This document shows, piece by piece, positions 13,200 through 25,547 of a DNA stretch of 64,000 nt. Numbering within the stretch: position 1 is the first letter of the stretch; every line of letters starts with the position of its first letter. The notes below the pieces were generated by a model. That model had not been told where the DNA came from, did not search any database, and was given only the letters and a program-made list of their open reading frames with translations. Origin of the DNA: Octopus sinensis (lineage: Eukaryota); assembly GCF_006345805.1 (NCBI RefSeq), contig NC_042997.1, positions 140,740,001 to 140,804,000 on the forward strand. Reading direction: 5' to 3'. Both the position numbers and the translations under genes were made by a program.

Positions 13200-13568
13200 T
13201 GGTTTCAAATTTTGGCACAAGTCCAGCAATTACAGGATGTCGGGGTCAAGTCAATTTCATCGATTCCAATGTTCAACTGGTACTTATTTTATCGACGAAA
13301 GGCAAAGTCGACCTGGGGCGGAATTTGCACTCAGAACGTAAAGACGAAATACTAACGATTCTTTTCTTCTCTAGGCGCAAGGCCCGAAATTTTGGGGGAG
13401 AGAGCCAGTCGATTAGATTGACCTCCGTACGCAACTGGTACTTAATTCATCGATCCCGAAAAGCAAAGTCGACCTCGGCGGAATCTGAACTCACAACGTA
13501 AAGACGAATGAAATGCCGCTAAGCATTTTGCTCGGCGTGCTAACGATTCTGCCAGTTTGCCGCCTTAT
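13200..13568 (-). mobile_element. Tandem SINE family A fragments
   Basis: Repeated aaaggcaaagtcgacct..gaactca..gctaacgattctgccag. Confidence 0.75.
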
Positions 13569-14029
13569 ACAGCTGTTATATTAACGTTTTAATGAATATA
13601 GCAGCTATATACATCTATGTATGTGTGGCTGTAATTTCTCGACCTACTAGAAATAGCAGCAAGATTTTCAAATCGCCCACAATCATCGACCCTCCCCATA
13701 AAAATCGAAAACTAAGAGAAAAGGGAAGGAAGGACACATTGGATTATATAGTCATGTATGTCAAATCACCTGAGTAAAATGGGATGATCATGACAGCAAT
13801 GCTTTTCATCAAAGTTTTGTTCGTTTAGAGCTAAACAATAACAACAGAAATTAACTTCCATTCCATTAAATATCACCACTCCCCTGGCTTCATGAGATAT
13901 TTCCTGTTTTTGCTTTTTCTGTTCTTTTCCATATTAAAAAATTATTACTAAACCTTGACGTAAAAGAAACATTCCTAGAACTGCGGTTAAAAAGTCGACA
14001 TTTTAGCGAAGAGACAGATGTTAGTTTTA

Positions 14030-14748
14030 GGCTGGTTATGTAGTTAGAAGTTTGCTTCCTAACCACATGGTTCCGGGTTCAGTCCCACTGCGTGGCACTT
14101 TAAGCAAGTGTCTTCTATTATAGCCCCGGGATGACCAATTCCTTGTGAGTGGATTTGGTAGACGGAATCTGATAGAAGCCCGTGTGTGTGCTTGTGTTTG
14201 TCCCCCACCGTAGCTTGATAATCGGTGTTTGTTTACGACCCTGTAACTTAGCAGTTCGGCTAAGTAAGTACTAGGCTTTAGAAAAATCTACTAGGTTCGA
14301 TTTGTTCGGCTAAAATCCTCCAAGGCAGTGCTCCAGCATGGCCGCAGTCTGAAACAAGTACAAGATAATAATTATGATAATAATAATGGTTCTGGGTTTA
14401 GTCCCACTATGTGGCACCTTGAGCAAGTGTTTTCTACAATACCCTCGGCCCGACCAAGGCCTTGTGAGTGGATTTGGTAGACAGTAACTGAAAGAAGCCC
14501 GTCGTATATATAATATATATTATATATATATATATATAATATATATATATATATTTGTGTCTGTATTTGTCCTCCCACCATCGCTTGACAACCTATATTA
14601 GTGTGTTTACGTTCAGTAACTTAGCGGTTCGGCACAGGAGACCAATAGAATAAGTACTAGGCTTACAAAGAAGTCCTGGTGTCGATTTATTCGACTAAAG
14701 GCGATGCTCCAGCATAGCCGCAATCAAATGATTGAAACAAGTAAAAGT
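14030..14748 (+). mobile_element. Two tandem SINE family B copies (about 14030-14365 and 14388-14748)
   Basis: Match the family B consensus. Confidence 0.8.
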
Positions 14749-14847
14749 AACCATTATTATTGTGAAACTTAGGAATGGTCATATTTTGCTAATTAAACAT
14801 ACACGCCTGCATGCATATTCGCATACATACATACATACATACATACA

Positions 14848-14881
<34 letters not shown>

Positions 14882-15423
14882 CATACATACATACATATGT
14901 ATTGAGTGTCCAATAACACTATACTTGTTCCATGTCCTCGCGTTGTTGTTTTCACTTTGTTGCTGTTTGGATTAACTTATACATACATGCATATGTATAA
15001 AAGAATAAAAGAATATGTAGAATATATGTTGTCTACGAGTTGTATATATGTTATGCAGAAAGGATGTAAACAAATTTTGAACGAGACATATTTTTTTTGA
15101 CATGTTTGTTCTTTGCTGCCAGACTAAATCATGTCAAAGTCTTCCTGCGACAACCATCATCAGCCCCACCTTCTACAACCGGAAACCTTAAGTTCACAGA
15201 TGTTAGACTGATAAAACAAATCAGACAAAATAGATGGACGTAGTAAATAGCCTTGTAGAGAAAGCATATCATTGCCCGCAAGGGCGTTGTCGAGTGGTTG
15301 AGAATTTCGCTTCATTGTTTTCAAAGTTCCGGGTTCAATTTCGTTACGTTTTGGATTTTTTTGCTTTTATTACGTTTTGGATTTTTTCTTTCTTTCTTTC
15401 TTTTTTTTTTGCTAATTATTACT

Positions 15424-15815
15424 AATGCGCCGGTTTGACTGTGTGGTTAAGAAGCTTCGCTTTGCAACCATGTGGTTTCGGGTTCGGTCCCATAGCGTGG
15501 CACCCTGGACAAGTGTCTTCTGCTCTAGCCCCTCGGGCAGACCAATGTCTTGTGAGTGAATTTTGGAAACTGAAACTCTGTGAAAGCTCACTGTATATAC
15601 ATACATACATACATACATACATACATACGTATGTGCGTGTGTGTGAACACTTGACAACCAGTGTTGGTTTGTTTACGTCATCGTAATTTAGAGCTTCGAC
15701 AAAAGGATTCTGAAAGGTTAGGTATCAAACTTATAGAAAGATTTGTTCGACTAAAAACCTTCCAAGGCGGTGTCCTAGCATGGCTGCAATCCAATGACCG
15801 AAACAAGTAAAAGGT
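15424..15815 (+). mobile_element. SINE family B, diverged
   Basis: Matches the family B head, body and tail. Confidence 0.75.
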
Positions 15816-15931
15816 AAACGAAAGCCTCGGTTGGCTCAAGTTACCTGAGTGAATTAAAGCACGCAAAAACTGTTGAAGTTCGTTGGATGTGCTTTACCTG
15901 TAATTCAAACGGGTAGCCGTCTGTCTGTCAA

Positions 15932-16002
<71 letters not shown>

Positions 16003-16325
16003 CACACACAGAGTCTCATTCGTCATGCTGGTCATACCTGAGGATACATATAGTGATACATATAATTGTGGAGTACTCAGTCATCTACACTTTAACTGGA
16101 CTCATCTAGGCGATGTCGTGTTGTCACCATCCAATTAGATCAGTATTTTTCAAGTTCTTTAACTGAGGCCCTCACCGTTCTTTCTTTTACACCAGTGGTT
16201 ATCAACCATTTTTTTTTACCCCTGGATCCCTTAAATTGTTATTTCATTCTGATGAACCTCCATAGCTATTCCATATTTACAAACTAGTTCTATAGATGCT
16301 TCTTTTATACGCACTCCCCACACAT

Positions 16326-16394
<69 letters not shown>

Positions 16395-16431
16395 GTACGC
16401 GCATGCATGCAAACACACGCATAAACATTCG

Positions 16432-16478
<47 letters not shown>

Positions 16479-16694
16479 CACACACACACACACACACATA
16501 CATACATACATTATTCTTTTAAATTTCCTATTTTATTTTTTCACACGTTCACTTGTATAGGTTTTGCAATAGCACTCCCCGAGAGAACATATTTCAGTGA
16601 TCAGAAACATGTTGAACCATGTAAAACGTGAAAGAAAGAAACCTCTTTGTTTCTTGTAATAAATACATCTACAAGCAAAATTTATTCATGGTAT

Positions 16695-16744
16695 TCGATG
16701 TTGCTTAACGTCGGTGATCGAACGAGAACCGGTGCTTTCAACGT
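16695..16744 (-). rRNA. 5S rRNA fragment (pseudogene or SINE3-like remnant), about 50 nt
   Basis: Minus strand acgttgaaagcaccggttctcgttcgatcaccgacgttaagcaacatcga matches the 5' half of invertebrate 5S rRNA, including the box A region. Both ends are truncated. Confidence 0.75.
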
Positions 16745-17004
16745 TTCTTTAATATATATATAAAATAGTTGTATACTGTCAACTTAATGTGACGGTCCCA
16801 TGAAGGGAATCATACTACTGCTATTTAGCCCTAGGAAGCAGCAGCGCTTCCTGTCGGCCTTCACATATTTCCTGTGTCCTTATGTTTGCAAGGGGGAGAT
16901 GAGCACCTCTACCCAGCTAAGCCTGCATCCAGAGACTAGTTTCTGAGTCTTTGCTTGTCATCAGTCTGGAGTTACATGGCCTGCTAATATATACTATATA
17001 TATA

Positions 17005-17038
<34 letters not shown>

Positions 17039-17269
17039 CATACATACATAAAGCACGATTTATTTGTGATCAGAGTTGTTCGAAAATCGAGGTACTACTG
17101 TATATATATATGCGAGGTCATTCAACTCTATTATCTCCCCTAATTTCGCTCTTGCGTCTCATGTTTGATCTTTGACTTCTGGCCGAAATCAGATCGCCAT
17201 GTTGATTCGCTAGCTTCTGCACGCATATTTTTTCTCTCTCCTTCTTTCTGTGTTTTTTTTCTCTGTGTA

Positions 17270-17307
17270 TCTTTCTGTTGAAGAGCGTAGGCTCGAAACA
17301 TTAAAGA
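17270..17307 (+). ncRNA. Minimal hammerhead-like motif (CUGUUGA core), left arm copy
   Basis: TCTTT-CTGTTGA-A-GAGC(GTAG)GCTC-GAAA-CA-TT-AAAGA. The helix III palindrome is broken (ACAT). Confidence 0.5.
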
Positions 17308-17457
17308 CTTGTTTTATTTATATTTCCTGAGCGCCATACTAATACAATTGTTTGTTTGTATTCCACCTGCCTTCGTCTTTTGTTTATTTCCGTAAACCTG
17401 CCTTCGTCTTTTGTCTATTTTCATAAAGCTTCCCGTTATATATAGATATATATATAT

Positions 17458-19337
17458 TCGGGAAGCTTTATGAAAATAAACAAAAGACGAAGGCAGGTGG
17501 AAACAAACGAACAATTGTATTAGTATGGCGCTCAGGAAATATAAATAAAACAAGTCTTTAACGTTTCGAGCCTACGCTCTTCAACAGAAAGATACACAGA
17601 GAGAGAAAACACAGAAAGAAGGAGAGAAAAAAATGCGTGCAGTAGCTAACGAATCAACATGGCGATCTGATTTCGGCCAGAGGTCAAAGATCAAACATGA
17701 GACGCGAGAGCGAAATAAGGGAGATAATAGGGTTGAGGGACCAGCTAAAAGTGCGTGGGAGGGTGTCTGGATTGTATGTATAGGGTTGGTGTATGTATTA
17801 GTATGTATAGGTGTGTGTGTGTGTGTTGTGTGTATGAGAGAGTATTGTGCGTGGGATTGGTCTGGACGTGCGTATGTATGGGGTTGGTGTATGTTTAGTA
17901 TGTATTAGTATGTATTAGTACGTATTGGTATGTATAGGTGTGTGTGTGTTTGTGTGAGAGAGTATAAGTGCGTATGCGGGGTCTGGACGTGTGTATGTAT
18001 AGGGTTGGTGTAAGTATTAGTATGTACTAGTATGTATTAGTACGTATTAGTATGTTTAGTTGGTGTGTGTATTAGTATGGCACATCATATGTGATGTGAT
18101 GTGTAAAGTCATGTGGTGTAGTGAGGAGAAGAGGGGGAGGGGAGAAGAGGGGGAGAGGAGAAGAGGGGGAGGGGAGAAGAGGGGGAGGGGAGAGATAGGG
18201 GAGAAGGGGAGGGGAAGAAGAGGGGGAGGGGAGGGTGAAGAGGAGAGGATGGGGAGAAGGAAGGGGAGTAAGGGATGAAGGAGGAAAGAGGGAGAGGGGG
18301 AGAGAGAAGGGGAGAGGGGAGTGAGGGAGCAGAGGGAAGAAGAGGGAGGGGAAAGAGGAAGAAGGGAAGGGAGTAGGGTGAAAGGATGAAGGCCTGAAGA
18401 AGTGGGGGTCGGGGAGAAAGGATAGGTGAGGAGGGGGAGGGGGGTTAGATGAGGAGGGGGGAGAGTTGAGACCAATGGCGTATAAGAGCGAAGAGAAATT
18501 AATTCCTGTTCACGGCGAAACGGGAATTCCGGATGGCCTCTGTGTAAGGACAACCGAACACAGATAGTGTTGCAAGGAGTGACGGTGGAGCGGAAATGGC
18601 GTGAAGACCGGTGTGTCGTTCGCAAGGTGATGTCACGAAGGTGTTCCGCGAACCGGTCAGCCAAGCGGTCGTCCCGTTTGTCCGATGTACAAGGAATTGC
18701 AGAGAGAGCAAGAGATTGCAATAGATAATATTGCTGAGGTGCAGGTGAAGGAGTGGATGATTTGATAGTGTCGATGGTGGGTGCTAGTGAGGCGGGTGGT
18801 GTTGGAGAGGTAAGGGCAAGTGCGGCAACGTGGGCGGGAGCAGGGGAACGAGCCGGGTTGGGAGGTAGGGTCAGGAAGGAGCTATGGACCAAAAGTCTCG
18901 AAGGTTGTGGGCTCGTTTGAAAGAGGGGAGGGGTCGGTTAGGGAAGAGGTGTGAAGTGGACGGGTCGGACTGGAGATGACGGAAAGCTCGAAGAAGGTGC
19001 GTTGGAGACGTAGGGTCGTGGGTGGTAAGTGAGGGGAAAAGGGAGGCGGGAGACTACAGGGCGGGTTCGGGGAGAGAGAGCAGATACACGGTCCACGGAC
19101 CGTGCTCTGGCAAGGGCGGTGTGGATAGTGGTGAGGGGGTATCCACGTAGGGTGAAGTGGTGAGCCATACGTTGAGACTGAGTCTCAAAGTCATGGTCGT
19201 CACTACAGAGCCTACGTAGACGGAGGAATTGGGAATAGGGGATGGAAAGCTTGGTGTGTTCTGGGTGGGAGGAAGAGAAGTTGAGGTATGAGTGTGAGTC
19301 TATATATATATATCGTTGATTGCTCGAAATGGGGAGT
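17458..19337 (-). mobile_element. Penelope-like retroelement, 5'-truncated (RT C-terminus + GIY-YIG endonuclease remnant about 18463-19310, plus 3' UTR)
   Basis: DSHSYLNFSSSHPEHTKLSIPYSQFLRLRRLCSDD and RGYP (PLE RT thumb), then IIYC..CSLCNSLYIGQTGR..LADRFAEHLRDI and EQELI (GIY-YIG), with frameshifts. Confidence 0.9.
17555..17592 (-). ncRNA. Minimal hammerhead-like motif (CUGUUGA core), right arm copy
   Basis: TCTTT-CTGTTGA-A-GAGC(GTAG)GCTC-GAAA-CG-TT-AAAGA: 5-bp stem I, 4-bp stem II, palindromic ACGT helix III. Confidence 0.6.
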
Positions 19338-19496
19338 AGATAGACAGCCGACAACCGATGAAGGGTCGTTCTTTGTATTTTTTTGTATTACTTGTCTCGT
19401 TTTCCATTTTTTCTCTCGTTATGTGCGTATTTAACTCACTTTTTTTCGCATTTCATGTTGTTTACTGTTGGTGACGTCCTATACCCATATATGCAC

Positions 19497-19528
<32 letters not shown>

Positions 19529-20874
19529 TATAGGAAGAGAGAGAAGAAACTAAGACTATAGAAACTGCGCAGATGCACCTTTTGCTCCCCATCACTTCCT
19601 TTGTCTCCAGTACCTATATAAAATTTTCCACCGGCCCTTAAGGGACAGTAATACCCTCTTTGGGAAGCATTGATCTAAACAGACCAAAAGATATGTTCAA
19701 ACTCTCCTTGGTTGATTTCGTTTTATTCTTCGTCATCGACGTTGATACAGTTATTGTTAGTAAAGTATGGGAATGGATAAGAGCCACTACATGGTTGCTC
19801 GACACGTTAGAAACACCAACAAAATCTCTCGTACATCGTAATCTAACCGTCTTTAAACAAAAGAATCATTCGAATGTAGTTATGAATATAGAAATGACCG
19901 TATGATCACAGCTGAAGAGCCTTTGATCAGGGTTTTTATTTTCGATAAGGACATTAACAGGGGGCTAACACAAATGAAATCTAGTCTTATGTCTAGTCAA
20001 TAGAGACCCTTCCCTACTAGCCAGCCCCTAGTTCTCCTCCAACTCATCATCATCATCATCATCATCATCTTCGCCGCCATCACTATTCATCATTAGCATC
20101 ATCGCCGTCGTCATCATCGTCATCGTTGCTATTGTCAATTGAGGGTTTCGTGCAGTTTAGAAACAGCTGTTGAATAAGGGACCAAGAAAGTGAGTGTTTA
20201 GTTGACGAGAAATCTAATCTACTGTTGGACGAAATTAAAACCTGAGACTGATCTAATCTATTCCGCTCCTTAAACACACACACACACACGCGCGCACGCA
20301 CACACACCCACACACACCCACACTTTCATGGTTAGATTAATAAGTTATAAAAAGCTAGATGTGTAGGGTAGATTATAGGAGATAAGTCAGTGAGAGCAAT
20401 TTTTAATTGCTGCAATAAACGATTACTTTAAGACAGAATAATGTATATACATATGTATGTATGTATGTATGTATGTATTTATGCATGTATGTATGTATGT
20501 ATGAATGTATGTATGTATGTATGTATGTATGTATGTATGATGTATGTATGTATGTATGCATGCATGCATGTATGTATGTATGTATGTATGTACATGTATT
20601 TATGTATGTATGCATGCATGCATGTATGTTTGTATGTATGTATGTTTGTATGTATGTATGTATGATTGCACGCATGCATGCACGTATGTTTATATATATA
20701 TATATATGTATATAACATGTATGTGAGTGTGTGTGTCTACGTATATGTGTGCGTAGGTGTAAGACACAGCGTGTATTAGTGAGAAAACCTAAGATAAACT
20801 TTAGTTAAACTGCAGGTTTTAAGTCGTACCGTGTGCAACTTTAAAACAGATGTGAATACTTCTTGTTACTCTCT

Positions 20875-20941
<67 letters not shown>

Positions 20942-21022
20942 AACAAACGCACTCACGGAACAGACGTAAGGAGACTTTACCCAGAAGATAGCGGAGTGTT
21001 GTGCTCGGTAGCTTAATCATAT

Positions 21023-21103
<81 letters not shown>

Positions 21104-21313
21104 GTTGAATGAATTATCCTAGTATGGATAATTCGGTTAACCGATACCCGGGTAGCAAATTTCCGTCAGAAAGCACGGTTGAAGCTACATGCCAAGGCAG
21201 AAATCACGTGCTTTCGTGTGGAAATTGTGTTTTTTTTTACTATAGATAAATGAAAGATAAATGAAAGTTCGACTCCATTCTTTCATTTATCTATCTTATA
21301 TATATATATATAT

Positions 21314-21344
<31 letters not shown>

Positions 21345-21667
21345 CTGCTGGCGGCAATATCTTCAGTGATACATCAACGTGAATCGTAACACTTAATGGG
21401 TTACGAGATCAAACCGTGTTGACAGATAGGATAATCAACTTCCTTAAAATATCTTTACACCTACACCCCCCCCCCACAGATGCGTGTGCGCAGTCGCTCA
21501 TCTGTTTGGGTTTTATGACTTAGGCAAGTGTCTTGGCTCCAGACAGTCCTTTCTAACGCGTCTTGCTGTTGTTTAGCCCAGGTCAGCTGTCAGTCATTAT
21601 GAAAGGACATCCAGCCGTGACAATTTCCGTCTCTTCTGTATAACTGGAACCACAATGTCTAATGCTC

Positions 21668-22072
21668 TTTTTACTCTTTTACCTGTTTCAGTCATTTGAC
21701 TGCGGCCATGCTGGAGCACCGCCTTTAGTCGAGCAAATCGACCCCAGGACTTATTCTTTGGAAGCCTGGTACTTATTTTTATCGGTCTCTTTTGCTGAAC
21801 CGCTAAGTTACGGGGACGTAAACACACCAGCATCGGTTGTCAAGCGATGTTGCGGAGGGGGACAAACACAGACACACAAACATATACACACACATACATA
21901 TATATATTCATATATACGACGGGCTTCTTTCAGTTTCCGTCTACCAAATCCACTCACAAGGCTTTGGTTGGCCCGAGGCTATAGTAGAAGACACTTGCCC
22001 AAAGTGCCAAGCAGTGGGAATGGACCCGGAACCATGTGGTTGGTAAGCAAGCTACTTACCACACAGCCACTC
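21668..22072 (-). mobile_element. SINE family B, full length
   Basis: Close match to 1504-1912. Confidence 0.85.
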
Positions 22073-22433
22073 CACGTCTCTATTAAAAGGACGGTTGTGT
22101 GTGACGTGAGGGAGATTTGGCTGTTTTTCCTATGAAGTCAAAAGGCTGCGCACAGGCTTCCTAGTTAACTCGCCACTACCGTCGCCGCCGATGATGATGA
22201 TGATGATGATTAAAGCATGAAAAACAATGGTTGGTAGCGATGGGGTTGACGTTAACAGGAGTGAAGGGCAATCTCCAAGTTCGTGATGATGATGATGGTA
22301 ACGATAAAGACAATGACGATGGTAATAGAGCTGATTCTAATGATAATGGCTGATGTTGGTGATGACGACGACGATGATGATGATGATGATGATGATGATG
22401 GTGATACGGGCAAAGGCCATGACGAAAACGAAA

Positions 22434-23229
22434 TCTCTATATATATAAACGGCAGTTTGTCTGTCTGTGTGTCTGTCAGGTTGTACCCTTACCCTGACCA
22501 CAACTTTCAACCGATTCTCATGAAACTTGACACACACATAGCCCAATGTCATAATTCAAAACTAACGCAGCGAAAATTTTGAAAAGTTCCCCCAGTTTTG
22601 AAAAATATCGATAAATTCGACATGGGGTCGAGAATCTAAGCTTTTTATATGCAACACATTTTCTGTTGTAGTTTTCGCAACTTGCAATCGATTTTCACCA
22701 AACTCATGGTGAAGCTTAATGTTACCCTAAGGAACTTAATTCTGACATCAGTTTTCCACCCTTACCCTGACCACAACTTTCAACCGATTCTCATGAAACT
22801 TGACACACACATAGCCCAATGTCATAATTCAAAACTAACGCTGCGAAAATTTTGAAAAGTTCCCTCAGTTCTGAAAAAAATCGATAAATTCGACATGGGG
22901 TCGAGAATCTAAGCTTTTTATATGCAACGCATTTTCTGTTGTAGTTTTCGCAACATGCAATCGATTTTCACCAAACTCATGGTGAAGCTTAATGTTACCC
23001 CAAGAAACTTAATTCTAACGTTAGTTTCCATGCAATACCTTACCATCAGAAAAAAAATCGATATAAAATCATGCCAATTTAGGAAATCGCGTTCAAATTC
23101 AAGATGACATATTTTCGACAATATCTTTCACAAATTGGCAGGAAATTAGAGGGAAAGGACAAGATTGGGATTAGTCGTTGCCTACTAGGGGCTCTTACAT
23201 ACCCGGGCAACGCCGGGCTATGCTGCTAG
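22434..23229 (+). mobile_element. Non-autonomous Helitron with an internal 273-bp tandem duplication
   Basis: 5' TCTCTATATATATAAA after A; 3' CCCGG-gcaacg-CCGGG hairpin followed by CTAG, then T (A|T target). Internal repeat offset is 273 bp. Confidence 0.85.
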
Positions 23230-23369
23230 TAATAAATAAAAGTGCAGACTCTACATATTGAGGTAGCAAATTAGTTATATATGTTTCTTCCTGTATTTGT
23301 ACTCACCATCTGTTGACAGTCAGGCTGGTTTGAAACCCATTAGGGAGCTGGCGATAAATTAATAGATAG

Positions 23370-23478
23370 GTAGACAGACAGACATACAGATAGATAGATA
23401 GGTCGGTAGGTAGGTAGAAATGGACAGGTAAATAGAGACAGACAGATAGCTAGATAGATAGGTGGTTAGAAGATAGAT

Positions 23479-23533
<55 letters not shown>

Positions 23534-23554
23534 GTGGGTAGGTAGGTAGGTAGG

Positions 23555-23604
<50 letters not shown>

Positions 23605-23630
23605 GATAAACAGATAGATAATAGGTGAGT
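23370..23630. repeat. (TAGA)n/(TAGG)n microsatellite
   Basis: Directly visible. Confidence 0.9.
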
Positions 23631-24149
23631 AGGTAGAGAATTTGAAAGGTACTTTGAAGAGGGGCAGGGAGGAAATATACGTGAGAAATAGTCTGTGTGT
23701 ATGTACGTCTTCTATGTTTGTATGTATGTATGTATGTATGTATGTATGTATGTATATATATATAATTATTTTTATAACTGTATTTTTATATTATGTATTA
23801 ATTTTAATGGTACACTGTATTTTTCCTCTTTGCTTATTTAATGATTTTCATTATGTTTTCAATATGATATACATAAATTTCTTTGTACGTTCCTCCCTGA
23901 TGATATTCTGGCTTATAATAATTAACCAAATTGATTTAAATATATTAAATTTGATTGATTTTATACTATAAGCGATGAATTGAAACAATTGTAGGTCTTA
24001 TCAATGTATTAATAAATTTTTATTAATTTTATCTCCATCTTCTCTCTTGGTTTGTTATAATAATATATATATCTGTGTGCCTATATTATAAAGTATTCTA
24101 CCAGTCTAATCTTGGATATTTCTAGCATCTGAGGTTATATATATCTATC

Positions 24150-24196
<47 letters not shown>

Positions 24197-24336
24197 TATA
24201 TATATTGGTCGTCCGGTCATGGAATCGAACCCACTTGGCCTACTGGTTAGAGTGTTCAGCTTATGATCAGATATATTTTAACAGACACACGCACACAAAT
24301 ACACCCACCCACCCACACACACACACATACACTCTA

Positions 24337-24570
24337 TTTGTGAGTTAACAAGGCTACCATTGGTTTCATGCCAAGAGAAATCTTTCAGCAATTATCAAAC
24401 CTGCCACATGGAACGTTGGTACTCGTCTTCAAGATAGAAACAAGTATCAAAGTTCCATGTGGCTGGCTTTCTCGGCATGAAGGCAATAGTAGCATTGTTA
24501 ACTCACAAACAAAGAATATTTACCCACCAATGCAGTGTTGAGCACTCATTCTCACTGTCCTATATAAGCA
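24337..24570. mobile_element. Fold-back insertion (arms about 24337-24413 and 24452-24509) running into (TA)n; relative at 8430-8560
   Basis: tttgtgagttaacaa / ttgttaactcacaaa and ccacatggaac / gttccatgtgg are inverted pairs. Confidence 0.55.
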
Positions 24571-24583
24571 TATATATATATAT

Positions 24584-24648
<65 letters not shown>

Positions 24649-25500
24649 GAAATATATGATATATATATATATATATGATATTGAAATATATGATACTGAA
24701 ATATATGTTTATTGAATTTTATTGAAAATTTACTTTATTTCACATGAACCTAGAATTTTATCATAGATCTCTTGGGAAACACTGCCCTAATATGTCCTTA
24801 GGCACGTACAGATGAAAAATAAGTACGACTTTAATCCCAGGGAAAGCTAAAAAATACTAGCACTGGCCCAAATCGAACTTGTGTCGAAATACATCCACAC
24901 CCTTCATTCACACATTTTAATGACGTGGTCGGGGTTGGTGTGAGATGCTGATAATCTCAGTTGTTCAGTCTCCAAATAACTCAAAGTGTTTGTCCCTAGA
25001 GGTTCTTATTGTGTTTCTGCTATTCATAGGGACCCGCCCTTGGTATAAGCAGTTCAAGGTCCTTGGTTATTTTGGCACATTTGGAATTTTCACTGACAAA
25101 GTAAAATACTTAACGGCATCGAATGACAAACTGATATAACACCCCACCTCTTCCACTACTTCTCCCTATTTTTCATACATACATGTGTACATATATATAT
25201 ATATATAGTGTGTGTGTGTGTGTGTGTATATATATAATATATATTTGTATATGAGTGTGTGTATATATATAATAGAAATATTAAAATTACTAAGTCTCTC
25301 TAAAAGAGAACAACGGCAGCGTTCCCGGAAAATAATAGTTATCGCCATACTAATATGGCATTCTTATAAAAATAAGAATAAAGCTGTCCGCTTATTAGCT
25401 CCATGAGGCCATCGCCTTAAGTTAGCTATTTGATACACAAACTGTATCCATATAACCTTCGAACAAGGGAGGTCAGTCGCTCCACACTACTTGACCGGCA

Positions 25501-25547
25501 GCTACAGACGCGTTTCGGGGTATTGCCCCTTTTCAATGCAGTGTAGC
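25501..25547 (-). ncRNA. Hammerhead-like motif with an atypical 5' core
   Basis: GCTACA-CTGCATTGAAAA-GGGG(CAATA)CCCC-GAAA-CGCG-TC-TGTAGC: 6-bp stem I, 4-bp stem II, palindromic ACGCGT helix III, GUC triplet. Confidence 0.65.

Larger units (their letters stand above)
17122..17738. repeat. About 600-bp tail-to-tail inverted repeat of the Penelope-like 3' terminal region, centred on (TA)n
   Basis: Arm 17122-17435 (with an internal ~29-bp duplication) is the reverse complement of 17458-17738. Confidence 0.9.

Noticed and set aside
18056-18892. 278-aa ORF as an intact gene
   Set aside because: It is a chimera of frameshifted GIY-YIG remnant and polypyrimidine low-complexity sequence; reported instead as a Penelope relic.
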